Origin: Candidatus Woesebacteria bacterium GW2011_GWF1_31_35
GTDB lineage: Bacteria > Patescibacteriota > Microgenomatia > UBA8517
Length of the DNA: 64,000 bases
Reading direction: 5' to 3'
NCBI GenBank assembly: GCA_001029755.1
Contig: CP011214.1
Location: 200,595 to 264,594 of the forward strand
Notes under the pieces: generated by a model
Database searches by the model: none
What the model saw: the letters and a program-made list of their open reading frames with translations, nothing else
What the model was told of the DNA's origin: nothing
Made by a program: the position numbers and the translations under genes
Shown: piece after piece, positions 17,730-26,521 of the stretch
Numbering within the stretch: position 1 is the stretch's first letter
Layout of the letters: every line of letters starts with the position of its first letter

Positions 17730-18644
17730 ATGACACATCCATTACAAACTAAAGAGTGGGGAGAATTTAGAAAAGATTGGGGAAATAATATCTCACATTA
17801 TGAAAATGGTTTAATAATTTTTAGTAAAATTCCACACACAAGACTAACTATTGGTACAGTCATTAAAGGTTCGGATCCCACTAAAAAAGATATCGAAGAA
17901 ATATCAAAGATAGCTAAAGTTAATAATGCCATATTTGTAAAATTAGAACCTAATGTGTTACATCGTGAAGATTTAGAAAAAAAACTTATTTCTTGGGGTT
18001 TAGTTAAAGGAAAAACACTTTTTACCCCAACTTCTTTTTGGATTGATTTAACATTATCTGAAGAAGAACTATTGAAAAGTTTTTCTAGTAAAACTAGATA
18101 TAACATAAGGCTTGCCCAAAAACATGGTGTAGTCATTAAGGAGGATAATTCAGATAAGGCGTTTGAAAAATATTTAGAATTGACTTTTGAAACTGCAAAA
18201 AGACAAGGATTTTATGCCCACACCCAAAAATACCATAAATTAATGTGGGAGCATTTAAAGGAAAAAATTGCTCATTTAATCACAGCTACTTATAAAGGAG
18301 AGATTATTTCAGCTTGGATTTTATTTTCTAATGATGGATTTCTATATTATCCATATGGAGCTTCAACTGATAAATACAAGGAAGTAATGGCCAACAACCT
18401 AATGATGTGGGAGGCTATTAAACTAGGTAAGAAACTAGGTCTAACTACATTTGATTTGTGGGGGAGAGAAGAAGGAAAAGGGTTTACTAAATTTAAAGAA
18501 GGTTATAATCCTAAAATTGTAGGATTTATTGGCTCTTGGGATCTTGTTATTAATAAACAACTTTATGCAATTTATAAAAACTTAGAAGAAATTAGATGGT
18601 TTGTATTAAGATTTAAGAAGAAAATTATTAATCCTAAATTTTAA
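17730..18644 (+). CDS. FemAB/FemX-family peptidoglycan interpeptide-bridge aminoacyltransferase
   Basis: KEWGEFRKDWGN, KTRYNIRLAQKHGVVIKE, YYPYGAS and TFDLWG match conserved FemX/FemAB blocks. About 300 aa, FemX-like, with no coiled-coil insert. Confidence 0.65.
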   Translation: MTHPLQTKEWGEFRKDWGNNISHYENGLIIFSKIPHTRLTIGTVIKGSDPTKKDIEEISKIAKVNNAIFVKLEPNVLHREDLEKKLISWGLVKGKTLFTPTSFWIDLTLSEEELLKSFSSKTRYNIRLAQKHGVVIKEDNSDKAFEKYLELTFETAKRQGFYAHTQKYHKLMWEHLKEKIAHLITATYKGEIISAWILFSNDGFLYYPYGASTDKYKEVMANNLMMWEAIKLGKKLGLTTFDLWGREEGKGFTKFKEGYNPKIVGFIGSWDLVINKQLYAIYKNLEEIRWFVLRFKKKIINPKF

Positions 18645-19543
18645 TGACAGATATTCGTCAAACTCTTGAGTATGCCAATTATTTAAAATCTAATGGTTGG
18701 ATAGTAGAAAGAATTAATGGAATTAACTATTTTATTAAAAAATTACCCTTACTGGGAAGTATATTAAAACTTCAAAGGCCAAAAGAAATTGATTTTAAAA
18801 TAATAAAAAAATTATCCAAAAAGTATGGAGTATTTCAAACAATTATTGAACCCGATTTAGGAATTACCGTCTCCCTGAAGGGTAACCCCTCCAACACTAG
18901 GCCCTTCACTAAGAACAAATCCATCCATGATTTAATGTTATCACGCGGCTTTAAATTGTCAAAAAGTCCATATCTACCCACAAAAACACTGCAAATTGAT
19001 TTATCTCAAACTCAAAAACAAATTTTTGAAAAATTTAGTAAAGACTGCCGATACAGCATCCGAAAGGGAAGTGGTCTTATTATTAAAGAATACTCGACCC
19101 CAGAAGAAATAAAAAAATTTAGAAATGCATGGAAAAATTCTGTTAATTTTAAAAGATTTGTACCATCCGTAAAACAACTAATAAACTTAAAGAAATGTTT
19201 TCCTCGTAATTACTCTACTTTCTTAGCGTCGCACAATAATCTTGGCAATATTATAGGAGGAGCGATTTTCACGCGCTCTGCTAGAGATTTTTCATACTAT
19301 TGGCAAGCATTTACTAACTATGAGGGTAGGACATCCCTATCACAATACCCACTTCTCTATCATGGAATACTATGGGCAAAAAAACAAGGTTGTAAAGTTT
19401 TTGACTTTGAAGGAATATATGATTTCAGGTTTCCAAATAAAAATTGGCTGGGTTTTACTCATTTTAAAAAATCATTTAGTGGAAGTGAAATTCTCTACCC
19501 TGGCTGTTATACTAAATTTAATCTACTAAAAGATGGGGAATAA
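18644..19543 (+). CDS. FemAB/FemX-family aminoacyltransferase, tandem paralogue
   Basis: CRYSIRKGSGLIIKEY, FSYYWQAF and FDFEGIYD blocks parallel the preceding gene. Its start overlaps the upstream stop (ATGA). Confidence 0.6.
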   Translation: MTDIRQTLEYANYLKSNGWIVERINGINYFIKKLPLLGSILKLQRPKEIDFKIIKKLSKKYGVFQTIIEPDLGITVSLKGNPSNTRPFTKNKSIHDLMLSRGFKLSKSPYLPTKTLQIDLSQTQKQIFEKFSKDCRYSIRKGSGLIIKEYSTPEEIKKFRNAWKNSVNFKRFVPSVKQLINLKKCFPRNYSTFLASHNNLGNIIGGAIFTRSARDFSYYWQAFTNYEGRTSLSQYPLLYHGILWAKKQGCKVFDFEGIYDFRFPNKNWLGFTHFKKSFSGSEILYPGCYTKFNLLKDGE

Positions 19544-19835
19544 AATAAAATTAATCATATTTACTATTTTGATTCCGGCTGTCTTATTGGAAATTATTTT
19601 TATTGCCTTTTTTGTCTGGGGTCAAGATTATATATTTAACACAAATATATTACCTATCATTGTAGGAATATCCTCTATATTATGTGGAATATTTGTAAGC
19701 ATAAAAATAAGTGAAAATGTTTTGGGTAAAATTGCATATGCCATCTTAACAAGCATAATCGCCACTATTATTTTTGGATTGCTGTCAATTCTACCACTTA
19801 TTTTTTTAGCTTTTATCTTTACTAAAACCGGATAA
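19533..19835 (+). CDS. Small three-TM membrane protein
   Basis: 100-aa hydrophobic ORF with a start overlapping the FemAB paralogue. Confidence 0.35.
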   Translation: MGNKIKLIIFTILIPAVLLEIIFIAFFVWGQDYIFNTNILPIIVGISSILCGIFVSIKISENVLGKIAYAILTSIIATIIFGLLSILPLIFLAFIFTKTG

Positions 19836-19857
19836 GTTGAAATTTCTTATCTGGCCA

Positions 19858-19883
19858 ATTATTATCTTTAATAAGATAATAAT
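19858..19883. promoter_or_regulatory. Perfect 11-bp inverted repeat (attattatctt-taat-aagataataat)
   Basis: Seen directly in the sequence, 25 bp upstream of the ASCH-like gene and downstream of the membrane-protein gene. Candidate operator or weak terminator. Confidence 0.3.
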
Positions 19884-19907
19884 ATTCTATAAATTAAAAT
19901 AAGACGC

Positions 19908-20171
19908 ATGAAAATAATCGAAAAGAAAACTTGGCCTGATAGTTTTAATAAAATTTTATCGAGTCAGAAAACTTTTGACGCAAGACTAGATGATTTTAAA
20001 ATTAAAAATGGAGATATTTTAGTTCTTCGTGAATATGATCCTACTAAAAAAGAATATACAGGAAGAATTATTGAGAAAAAGGTTTCCTTTATATTAAAAA
20101 CTAAAGATCAAAAATATTGGACTACGAAAGAAATTCAAAAATACGGTCTACAAATAATTGGTTTCAAATAA
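19908..20171 (+). CDS. ASCH/DUF3850-like small protein
   Basis: 87 aa; KTFDARLDDFKIKNGDILVLREYD...YTGRII resembles the ASCH beta-barrel fold pattern. Assigned from memory of the family. Confidence 0.35.
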   Translation: MKIIEKKTWPDSFNKILSSQKTFDARLDDFKIKNGDILVLREYDPTKKEYTGRIIEKKVSFILKTKDQKYWTTKEIQKYGLQIIGFK

Positions 20172-20173
20172 GT

Positions 20174-23086
20174 TTATTCACTTTTACAAAACATTGAATA
20201 TTCACATTTTCCTTGACAGAAAAAATGATTACTACATTTAAAATCTGATTTACAAATTTCATCCCGTACTTTAAATATTTCTTGAGTAGCTTTATCTAAA
20301 TCTTTTTGTGTTCTAGTTGTAGTAATTTTTTCTTGGCTATCTAAGTAGTAAAGAGACAATTTTATTTCTTCTGGTTTTCTGTTAAATGGTTTTGATAATA
20401 TTTTTGTTGCAGCTAATGCGTAAAAGGAAAGTTGCAAATTATTATCAACTTCCTTTTGAGTTGGAATCGTAGCTCCTGTTTTATAATCCATAATTTCCAG
20501 ACTTCCATCTTTTAATTGATCTATTCTATCTATTGTTCCTCCTATTTTTAATGTTTTATCCAAGGGAATTGTAAATTTTTGCTCTAATAATATTGGCAAT
20601 TTTTTGGGGTTAAAAGATTCTTTCAAAAATCCTGATAAATATACCTTTCCTTTTTCAAAAAATTTTCTTTCGTGTTCTTTCGAACTAAACCCATCATCAA
20701 TCCAATTATTTTTTAAAATTTCACAAATTAATTTTTCAGTGGGTTTAGCTCCATCTTTAACTTTTCTATAAAATTCATTAAATGTCGAGTGAATACTTAT
20801 TCCAAAACTAATTGATGCTGAAGTCGGTGTTGGAATTTTATAGATATACCTTAATTTATAATGCATTGGGCAGGTTTTAAAAGTTTCAATTTGAGAATAA
20901 GATAAATAATTAATATCTAATAATTTATTATTTATAGGTAAATTAACCTGTTCACTTCTTTTATTATCTGAAAAATCTATATTTTTATTATTTTTCTTTA
21001 ATTTTGAGTCATTTAATTTTAAATCTTCTAATGCCTCAAATATAAATGGGGATAATTTCTTCTCTCTTTTCCCTTCTCCATAATAATCGGCTGCAGTTAG
21101 AAAAAGCCTTTCTTTAGCTCTTGTCATGCCAACATAGAAAAGTCTTCTTTCTTCCTGTAAATGAAAATCACCTTGAGGTAAAACTTCTTTTATCAATTCT
21201 TCAGGAATTGGAATTTGCTCTTTTCTTTCAGTCGATGGAAATCTTTGAGCAACTAGGTTAACCAAAAACACAACAGGAAACTCCAATCCCTTGGAAGAAT
21301 GTATCGTTAAAATATTAACTGCGTCATTTTCTGTCCAATCAGTGTCAGTTGCTAAAGGTGACTCTCCTAGTTCTTGTAAGAGTTCAATCCAGTCAACAAT
21401 TTGGTTAACACCAACTTTTTCATGATCTACTTCATATGATTTTATTTTGTCAAAAAATTTAGCAATATTTTTAGCTTTCTTTTCCCCATCAGAGTCCTTC
21501 GGATTTAATAGATTTTGCAAAAGCCCTGAAGAAAGTAAAAAATCATATAAAATCTCGCCAGCTGTTTGTTTATTTATTATTCCTAAGTGTTTATTAATTA
21601 AAATAACTATTTTTTCGATCTTTTCTTTAGTGTCTTTTCTTAACTCTAATTGATCTAATTTCCCACATGCATCAAAAAAAGACTTATTTTTCTTTCTTGC
21701 CAAGTTTCCGATTTTTATTAAGTCTAATGGGTTAATGTCAAATAATTCAATAGATAATAGTCTATAAAAAGATTCCGAATCTTCAAGATTATAAAGTACT
21801 TTAAAGTAAGAAATTAGATCGATAATTTCATCCTGTTTAAATAATTTTGCAGGACCTAAAAACTGATGATGGATACCTTTTCTTTCAAAAGCCCTGATAA
21901 ATGGGTCTGCATGATTATTAGCTCTTATTAATATTGCAAAATCTTTATATGTTAATTTGTTAGTTTTCTTTTTTACTAATTTGATTATTTCTTCAGAAAC
22001 CAAGTCTGCTTCATTTTCAACTCTATCTGCATGAATAAACTTCAATTTTTGATTTCCCCCTTTTTTAATAGCTACAAGTTTTTTTTCAATTTTTTCAACA
22101 ACCTCAAGTCTATCGGGATTATTATGTTGAATTAAACTATAACTTCTATTTAAGATTTCCTGGGTGCTTCTATAATTTTTAGTTAAAACAATTATTTCTG
22201 TTTTTGGAAAATTTGATCTAAATTGTATGACATTTGAAACAGCAGCCCCTCTCCAACGATAAATGGCTTGATCATCATCAGCAACAACAGTAATATTTTG
22301 TCTCTTTCCGGAAAGTAATATTGTTAATTCATTTTGAGCATAATTAGTATCTTGAAATTCATCAACCAAAATATATTTAAACTTTTCCTGATATTGCCTT
22401 AAAACATTTGGTCTTTTGTTAAATAATTCTAAGGTTTTAGTTATTAAATCTCCGAAATCAAACATACTTTTATTTATTTTTAATTCATCATATTTTTTGT
22501 AAGCATTAGAAAGTTCTAAGGTTTTTTGTATTTCTAGTTTTTCTTCCTCAGAAACTTTTGTACTTTTTGATTTAACTTTAGATTTCGCCCAAATAAGGTA
22601 TTCTGTGGGAGTAATATTCTCATCTTGAAGTCTTGAAAAATGATTCAACATTCCTTGTATAAATTTGTTGGGATTTCCTAAAGGTCTAAAATAATCTAAA
22701 TCAAATTCAAATAAGTTAGTTCTAATAAATTGAATTGAGGTAGCCTCCGTCATTAACTTAAATTTAGGGTCAAGTCCTATGTGAATTGCGTTATCTCTTA
22801 AAACTCTGTCGCAAAAGGAATGGAATGTCATCACCCACATCTGTGTATAACCATATGGAAGTGCTAAATCAATTCTTTCTTCCATTTCTTTAGCAGCTTT
22901 TTCAGTAAAAGTTAAAGCAAGTATCTCTTCAGGTTTTGCAAGATCTTTTAATATTAAATTTTTAACTCTTTCTGTTATTACAGTAGTTTTCCCAGTCCCT
23001 GCCCCTGCAATGATTAAAAGCGGACCATCTTTGTGATTAATTGCTTGAAGTTGTTCTTTGTTTAGTTTTTTATCTTGTATACCCAC
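20174..23086 (-). CDS. UvrD-family helicase fused to a C-terminal PD-(D/E)XK (RecB/Cas4-like, Cys-cluster) nuclease; AddA-like
   Basis: 970 aa. N-terminal Walker A AGAGTGKTTV, DEFQDTN, and later UvrD motifs. The C-terminal roughly 250 aa contain a PD-(D/E)XK core (IDRIDQL...EIMDYKTG) and four Cys (CPMHY...CQGKCEYSMFC). Confidence 0.8.
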   Translation of the reverse strand: MGIQDKKLNKEQLQAINHKDGPLLIIAGAGTGKTTVITERVKNLILKDLAKPEEILALTFTEKAAKEMEERIDLALPYGYTQMWVMTFHSFCDRVLRDNAIHIGLDPKFKLMTEATSIQFIRTNLFEFDLDYFRPLGNPNKFIQGMLNHFSRLQDENITPTEYLIWAKSKVKSKSTKVSEEEKLEIQKTLELSNAYKKYDELKINKSMFDFGDLITKTLELFNKRPNVLRQYQEKFKYILVDEFQDTNYAQNELTILLSGKRQNITVVADDDQAIYRWRGAAVSNVIQFRSNFPKTEIIVLTKNYRSTQEILNRSYSLIQHNNPDRLEVVEKIEKKLVAIKKGGNQKLKFIHADRVENEADLVSEEIIKLVKKKTNKLTYKDFAILIRANNHADPFIRAFERKGIHHQFLGPAKLFKQDEIIDLISYFKVLYNLEDSESFYRLLSIELFDINPLDLIKIGNLARKKNKSFFDACGKLDQLELRKDTKEKIEKIVILINKHLGIINKQTAGEILYDFLLSSGLLQNLLNPKDSDGEKKAKNIAKFFDKIKSYEVDHEKVGVNQIVDWIELLQELGESPLATDTDWTENDAVNILTIHSSKGLEFPVVFLVNLVAQRFPSTERKEQIPIPEELIKEVLPQGDFHLQEERRLFYVGMTRAKERLFLTAADYYGEGKREKKLSPFIFEALEDLKLNDSKLKKNNKNIDFSDNKRSEQVNLPINNKLLDINYLSYSQIETFKTCPMHYKLRYIYKIPTPTSASISFGISIHSTFNEFYRKVKDGAKPTEKLICEILKNNWIDDGFSSKEHERKFFEKGKVYLSGFLKESFNPKKLPILLEQKFTIPLDKTLKIGGTIDRIDQLKDGSLEIMDYKTGATIPTQKEVDNNLQLSFYALAATKILSKPFNRKPEEIKLSLYYLDSQEKITTTRTQKDLDKATQEIFKVRDEICKSDFKCSNHFFCQGKCEYSMFCKSE

Positions 23087-23129
23087 AAATGCATTGTAAC
23101 ATGAAGTTTTTCTTTTGAATTATCTTTTT

Positions 23130-24041
23130 TTAACTTAATTTTTTCTTTTCTTTTTCATCACCAAACCCTTGTGTATTAGTGATTTTTTGACCCAAATTAG
23201 TAAATGACGATGAAACACTCCCCATCATATTTGTAGCATTTACTAAATGTTTTTGAAGTTTATTTAAATTTTCTTCTACTTTCCCATAATCTTTCTTTAT
23301 GGCACGTAAAGAAGAAAGTATTTCTTGAGCTTGTTTTTCAATCTTTTGTCCTTCAAAACTCATAAGTATTGCTTTTATGTAAGCATAAAAAGTTGTTGGA
23401 GAAACAGGTAAGATTCTTTTACTTTGGGCATAATCAAAAAGAGTTTGACTATTAACTATTTCATAGTAAACAGATTCTGATGGAATATACATTAAAGCAT
23501 AATCTAATGTTCCTTCATCAGTTAAAATATATTTCCTACTTATATCATCTATGTGTTTTTTAACATCATTTTCAAATGGTTTGGCAAAATTTTTATCTGT
23601 TTGCATTTTTCTAAAGTTTTCCATTGGAAATTTTGAATCAACAGGAATAATCCCGGCTGAAGTTTTTATCGCTGCATCAACTTTCTCCCCAGATTTAAAA
23701 GTATATTGAAGATTAAACGATTCTTTAGGAAGAAATTGTTTTAAAAGCTCTTTTAATACTTGCTCTCCAATATTTCCTCTTAATTTGGGAGATGAGAGAA
23801 ACTCTTGCAAATCTTTCATTCCCCTACCTATTTCACTAAACTCCCCAATATTTTTATTTACATCCCCAATTACGCGAGCTGCATTATCAAGTCTTTCATT
23901 AAAAGATTTATTTTGAACTTCTAAGCGTTGCCCTGTGCTTCTTAGCCATTCAACTAAATCATTTGATGGTTTTTGACGAATTATTAAAACACATAAAAAG
24001 ATAATTGCAATTAATACTATAATTAAAAGGAAAGTTTCCAT
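23130..24041 (-). CDS. rmuC: DNA recombination protein RmuC
   Basis: N-terminal TM, coiled coil, then the conserved block DYALMYIPSESVYYEI typical of RmuC. Confidence 0.7.
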   Translation of the reverse strand: METFLLIIVLIAIIFLCVLIIRQKPSNDLVEWLRSTGQRLEVQNKSFNERLDNAARVIGDVNKNIGEFSEIGRGMKDLQEFLSSPKLRGNIGEQVLKELLKQFLPKESFNLQYTFKSGEKVDAAIKTSAGIIPVDSKFPMENFRKMQTDKNFAKPFENDVKKHIDDISRKYILTDEGTLDYALMYIPSESVYYEIVNSQTLFDYAQSKRILPVSPTTFYAYIKAILMSFEGQKIEKQAQEILSSLRAIKKDYGKVEENLNKLQKHLVNATNMMGSVSSSFTNLGQKITNTQGFGDEKEKKKLS

Positions 24042-24092
24042 AAACTAACATTATATGCCATAAGCATAACTTGTAAAAGATTAAAGCATTGC

Positions 24093-24440
24093 TTGTACAT
24101 AATTATGAAAAAAGATTTACGAAAGAAAAACATACTAAAAAGAAAAAACTTCATGCCAGCCTTGATTGCCACACTTTTTCTTTGGCTAATTTTGACTTTA
24201 ATTGTTTATTTTTTAAGTCCTAGTTCCCTATTTATTCTTCCTCTTTTTTTCTTCGTTTTTTTTCTTTCCTGTCTTTTTACATTTTCTTTGATTTTAGGAA
24301 ATAAAAGACGAGGCTTACTAATTTCTATTCTTTTATCTATCTTTTTAATATTTAGATATTTAGGAATAGGTAATCTTTTGAACTTCTTTCTACTTTCTGG
24401 TCTCCTAGTTGCCATCGAAGTGTATTTTTGCTATCGTTAG
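24093..24440 (+). CDS. Small polytopic membrane protein
   Basis: 115-aa hydrophobic ORF with no recognisable family. Confidence 0.3.
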   Translation: MYIIMKKDLRKKNILKRKNFMPALIATLFLWLILTLIVYFLSPSSLFILPLFFFVFFLSCLFTFSLILGNKRRGLLISILLSIFLIFRYLGIGNLLNFFLLSGLLVAIEVYFCYR

Positions 24441-24446
24441 GGCAAA

Positions 24447-24797
24447 ATGAGAGTATCCAAAAAAGCTTTAAATCCATATCTTCAAAAAGAAATTATAAAT
24501 ACATTTTTTCAAACAATTTCTGATCTTAGTAACCCTGAGGAAATTAAAATTTTTTTAACTGATTTCTTAAACGATGCCGAACTTGAAACATTTTCTAAAA
24601 GACTGGCAATTGCTTACTATTTAAAAAAAGGAAGAAGTTATTCAAATATAAAGGATAATTTAAAAGTTTCTTCAGCCACTGTTGCTGTAATTGAAAAATT
24701 ATTAGACACAAATGGTTTTAAGCTTGCGTTAAAGAAGATGGAAGCTGAGGAATGGGCAAACCAATGGGCTGAAAAAATTAAAAATATTGTTAAATAA
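24447..24797 (+). CDS. TrpR/YerC-like small DNA-binding protein
   Basis: 116 aa; FSKRLAIAYYLKKGRSYSNIKDNLKVSSATVAV resembles the Trp-repressor/YerC helix-turn-helix. Confidence 0.4.
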   Translation: MRVSKKALNPYLQKEIINTFFQTISDLSNPEEIKIFLTDFLNDAELETFSKRLAIAYYLKKGRSYSNIKDNLKVSSATVAVIEKLLDTNGFKLALKKMEAEEWANQWAEKIKNIVK

Positions 24798-24818
24798 TTA
24801 GATAGTATTTGACAAAAT

Positions 24819-24853
24819 ATAAAAATATATCTATATTACCCATAGTTTAGTTA
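24819..24853 (+). promoter_or_regulatory. sigma-70-like promoter TTGACA-N17-TATATT
   Basis: Near-consensus -35 and -10 hexamers with 17-bp spacing, upstream of a 56-aa ORF (24876-25046) and of metG. Confidence 0.35.
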
Positions 24854-25087
24854 AATCAACTATAAAATTAAAAATATGTTTAAAGAATTACAAAAAATAG
24901 CACACATTCTCTCGGCAGAGAATCTGAGAGAAATTGCAGTCGGACATGTTCCATTAGGAAATACTGAGGAATTAGAAAGAACTCAACCTACTAAACTCGA
25001 TTTAAAAGTGATTGTTCCCCAGGAAAAAGCTAAGGAAAGTAATTAAAAAAGGTAATAAAAAATCTTTATATCACACATTTTTTCTGT

Positions 25088-26521
25088 TTGGTCAAAATAC
25101 TTACTTCGAGTTATACTACAAGTATGAACAAGAAAAAATATTATGTAACCACAGCCATTGACTATACTAATGACGTTATTCATATTGGTCATGCCTACCA
25201 AAAATTATTAGCAGATGTATTGGCTCGTTATCATCGTCAAGTTGGAGATAAAACCTATTTTTTAACAGGTACTGATGAACATGGACAAAAAGTTGAAAAG
25301 AGTGCCAAAGAAAAAGGAATACAACCCAAAGAATTTGTCGACAAAATTGCAATTGAGAATAAAAATGAGTGGAACAAGTTAAATATTTCATTTGACAGAT
25401 TTATTAGAACCACAGACGAAGATCATATTAAGTTTGCTCAAGAATTCTACTTGAAGGCAAAGGCTAATGGAGATATTTATAAAGCTAAATATGAAGGTTT
25501 TTATTGTGAAGGTTGTGAATCGTTTAAAGATGAATCTGAATTAATCAACAAGAGATGCGAATTTCACTCCAATAAAGAAATTCAAGAAGTTGTAGAGGAA
25601 AATTATTTTTTCGCTCTTTCAAAATATCAAAAATTTTTAGAAAATCATTTCAAAGAACATCCTGAATTTGTTTGGCCAGAGTCAAAGAGAAAAGAGATTT
25701 TATCTTTTATCAAATCTGGTTTAAAAGATTTTTCAGTAAGTCGTCAGAATGTATCATGGGGAATTCCAGTTCCTGATGACCCAACTCACACAATTTATGT
25801 TTGGTTTGATGCTTTGATCAATTATTTAACATATGGTATTGAAGAGAATTGCTGGCCAGCAGACGTTCACGTTCTTGGTAAAGACAATCAAAGATTCCAT
25901 GCTATTTATTGGCCAGCAATGTTAAAGTCCGCGGGGTATGAACTTCCAAAAACAATCTTGGTACATGATTTCATTTCACTTAATGGTCAAAAGGTAAGCA
26001 AGTCACTTGGAAACGTTATTCTTCCGACAGAATTGATAAATAAATTTGGAATCGATGGAACTAGATACTTTTTTCTAAGATATGGGCCACTGACAAATGA
26101 TATTGACATAACACTAGAAAAAATAACTGAAAGTTATAACGCTGATCTTGCCAACGGTCTTGGAAATTTAGTCTCAAGAGTTGCCAAACTTTGTGAGAAA
26201 ATTGGGTTTGGAGGCATAAGTAAATCTACTAAATTTATTGGAAAGGTTGATGATTCTATTGAAAGTTTTCGATTTGATAACGCATTGGCAATTATTTGGG
26301 ACAAGATTAAAGAAATTGATGTATCAATCAATAAAGTTGAACCATGGAAAATAACAGATGAGAAAAAACTAACGGGTTTTCTACAAAAAACTTGCAGCCA
26401 AATTATTTCAATTGCCTATTCCCTTACGCCCTTTTTACCAGACACATCTAAAAAAATGCTAGATATCTTTTATCTTGATAAAATAAAATCTTCAGAAGGA
26501 TTATTTCCTAGACTAGGATGA
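25088..26521 (+). CDS. metG: Methionyl-tRNA synthetase (minimal form, no C-terminal tRNA-binding domain)
   Basis: HIGH motif TNDVIHIGHAYQ, zinc knuckle CEGCESF...CEFHSN, KMSKS variant KVSKSLGN. The likely start is the internal ATG at 25124 (MNKKKYYVTT). Confidence 0.85.
   Translation: MVKILTSSYTTSMNKKKYYVTTAIDYTNDVIHIGHAYQKLLADVLARYHRQVGDKTYFLTGTDEHGQKVEKSAKEKGIQPKEFVDKIAIENKNEWNKLNISFDRFIRTTDEDHIKFAQEFYLKAKANGDIYKAKYEGFYCEGCESFKDESELINKRCEFHSNKEIQEVVEENYFFALSKYQKFLENHFKEHPEFVWPESKRKEILSFIKSGLKDFSVSRQNVSWGIPVPDDPTHTIYVWFDALINYLTYGIEENCWPADVHVLGKDNQRFHAIYWPAMLKSAGYELPKTILVHDFISLNGQKVSKSLGNVILPTELINKFGIDGTRYFFLRYGPLTNDIDITLEKITESYNADLANGLGNLVSRVAKLCEKIGFGGISKSTKFIGKVDDSIESFRFDNALAIIWDKIKEIDVSINKVEPWKITDEKKLTGFLQKTCSQIISIAYSLTPFLPDTSKKMLDIFYLDKIKSSEGLFPRLG

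Noticed and set aside
20174-24041. Helicase-nuclease plus RmuC plus LAGLIDADG region as a phage-defence island
   Set aside because: The components look like housekeeping recombination and repair proteins (AddA-like, RmuC, PcrA). No signature defence genes (restriction-modification, Abi, toxin-antitoxin, cyclase/effector pairs) could be recognised, so it is reported only as a repair locus.
24798-25087. T-box riboswitch upstream of metG
   Set aside because: No T-box consensus (AATTAGGGTGGNACCGCG-like) and no specifier or antiterminator structure could be seen by eye; only a promoter and a small ORF are present.
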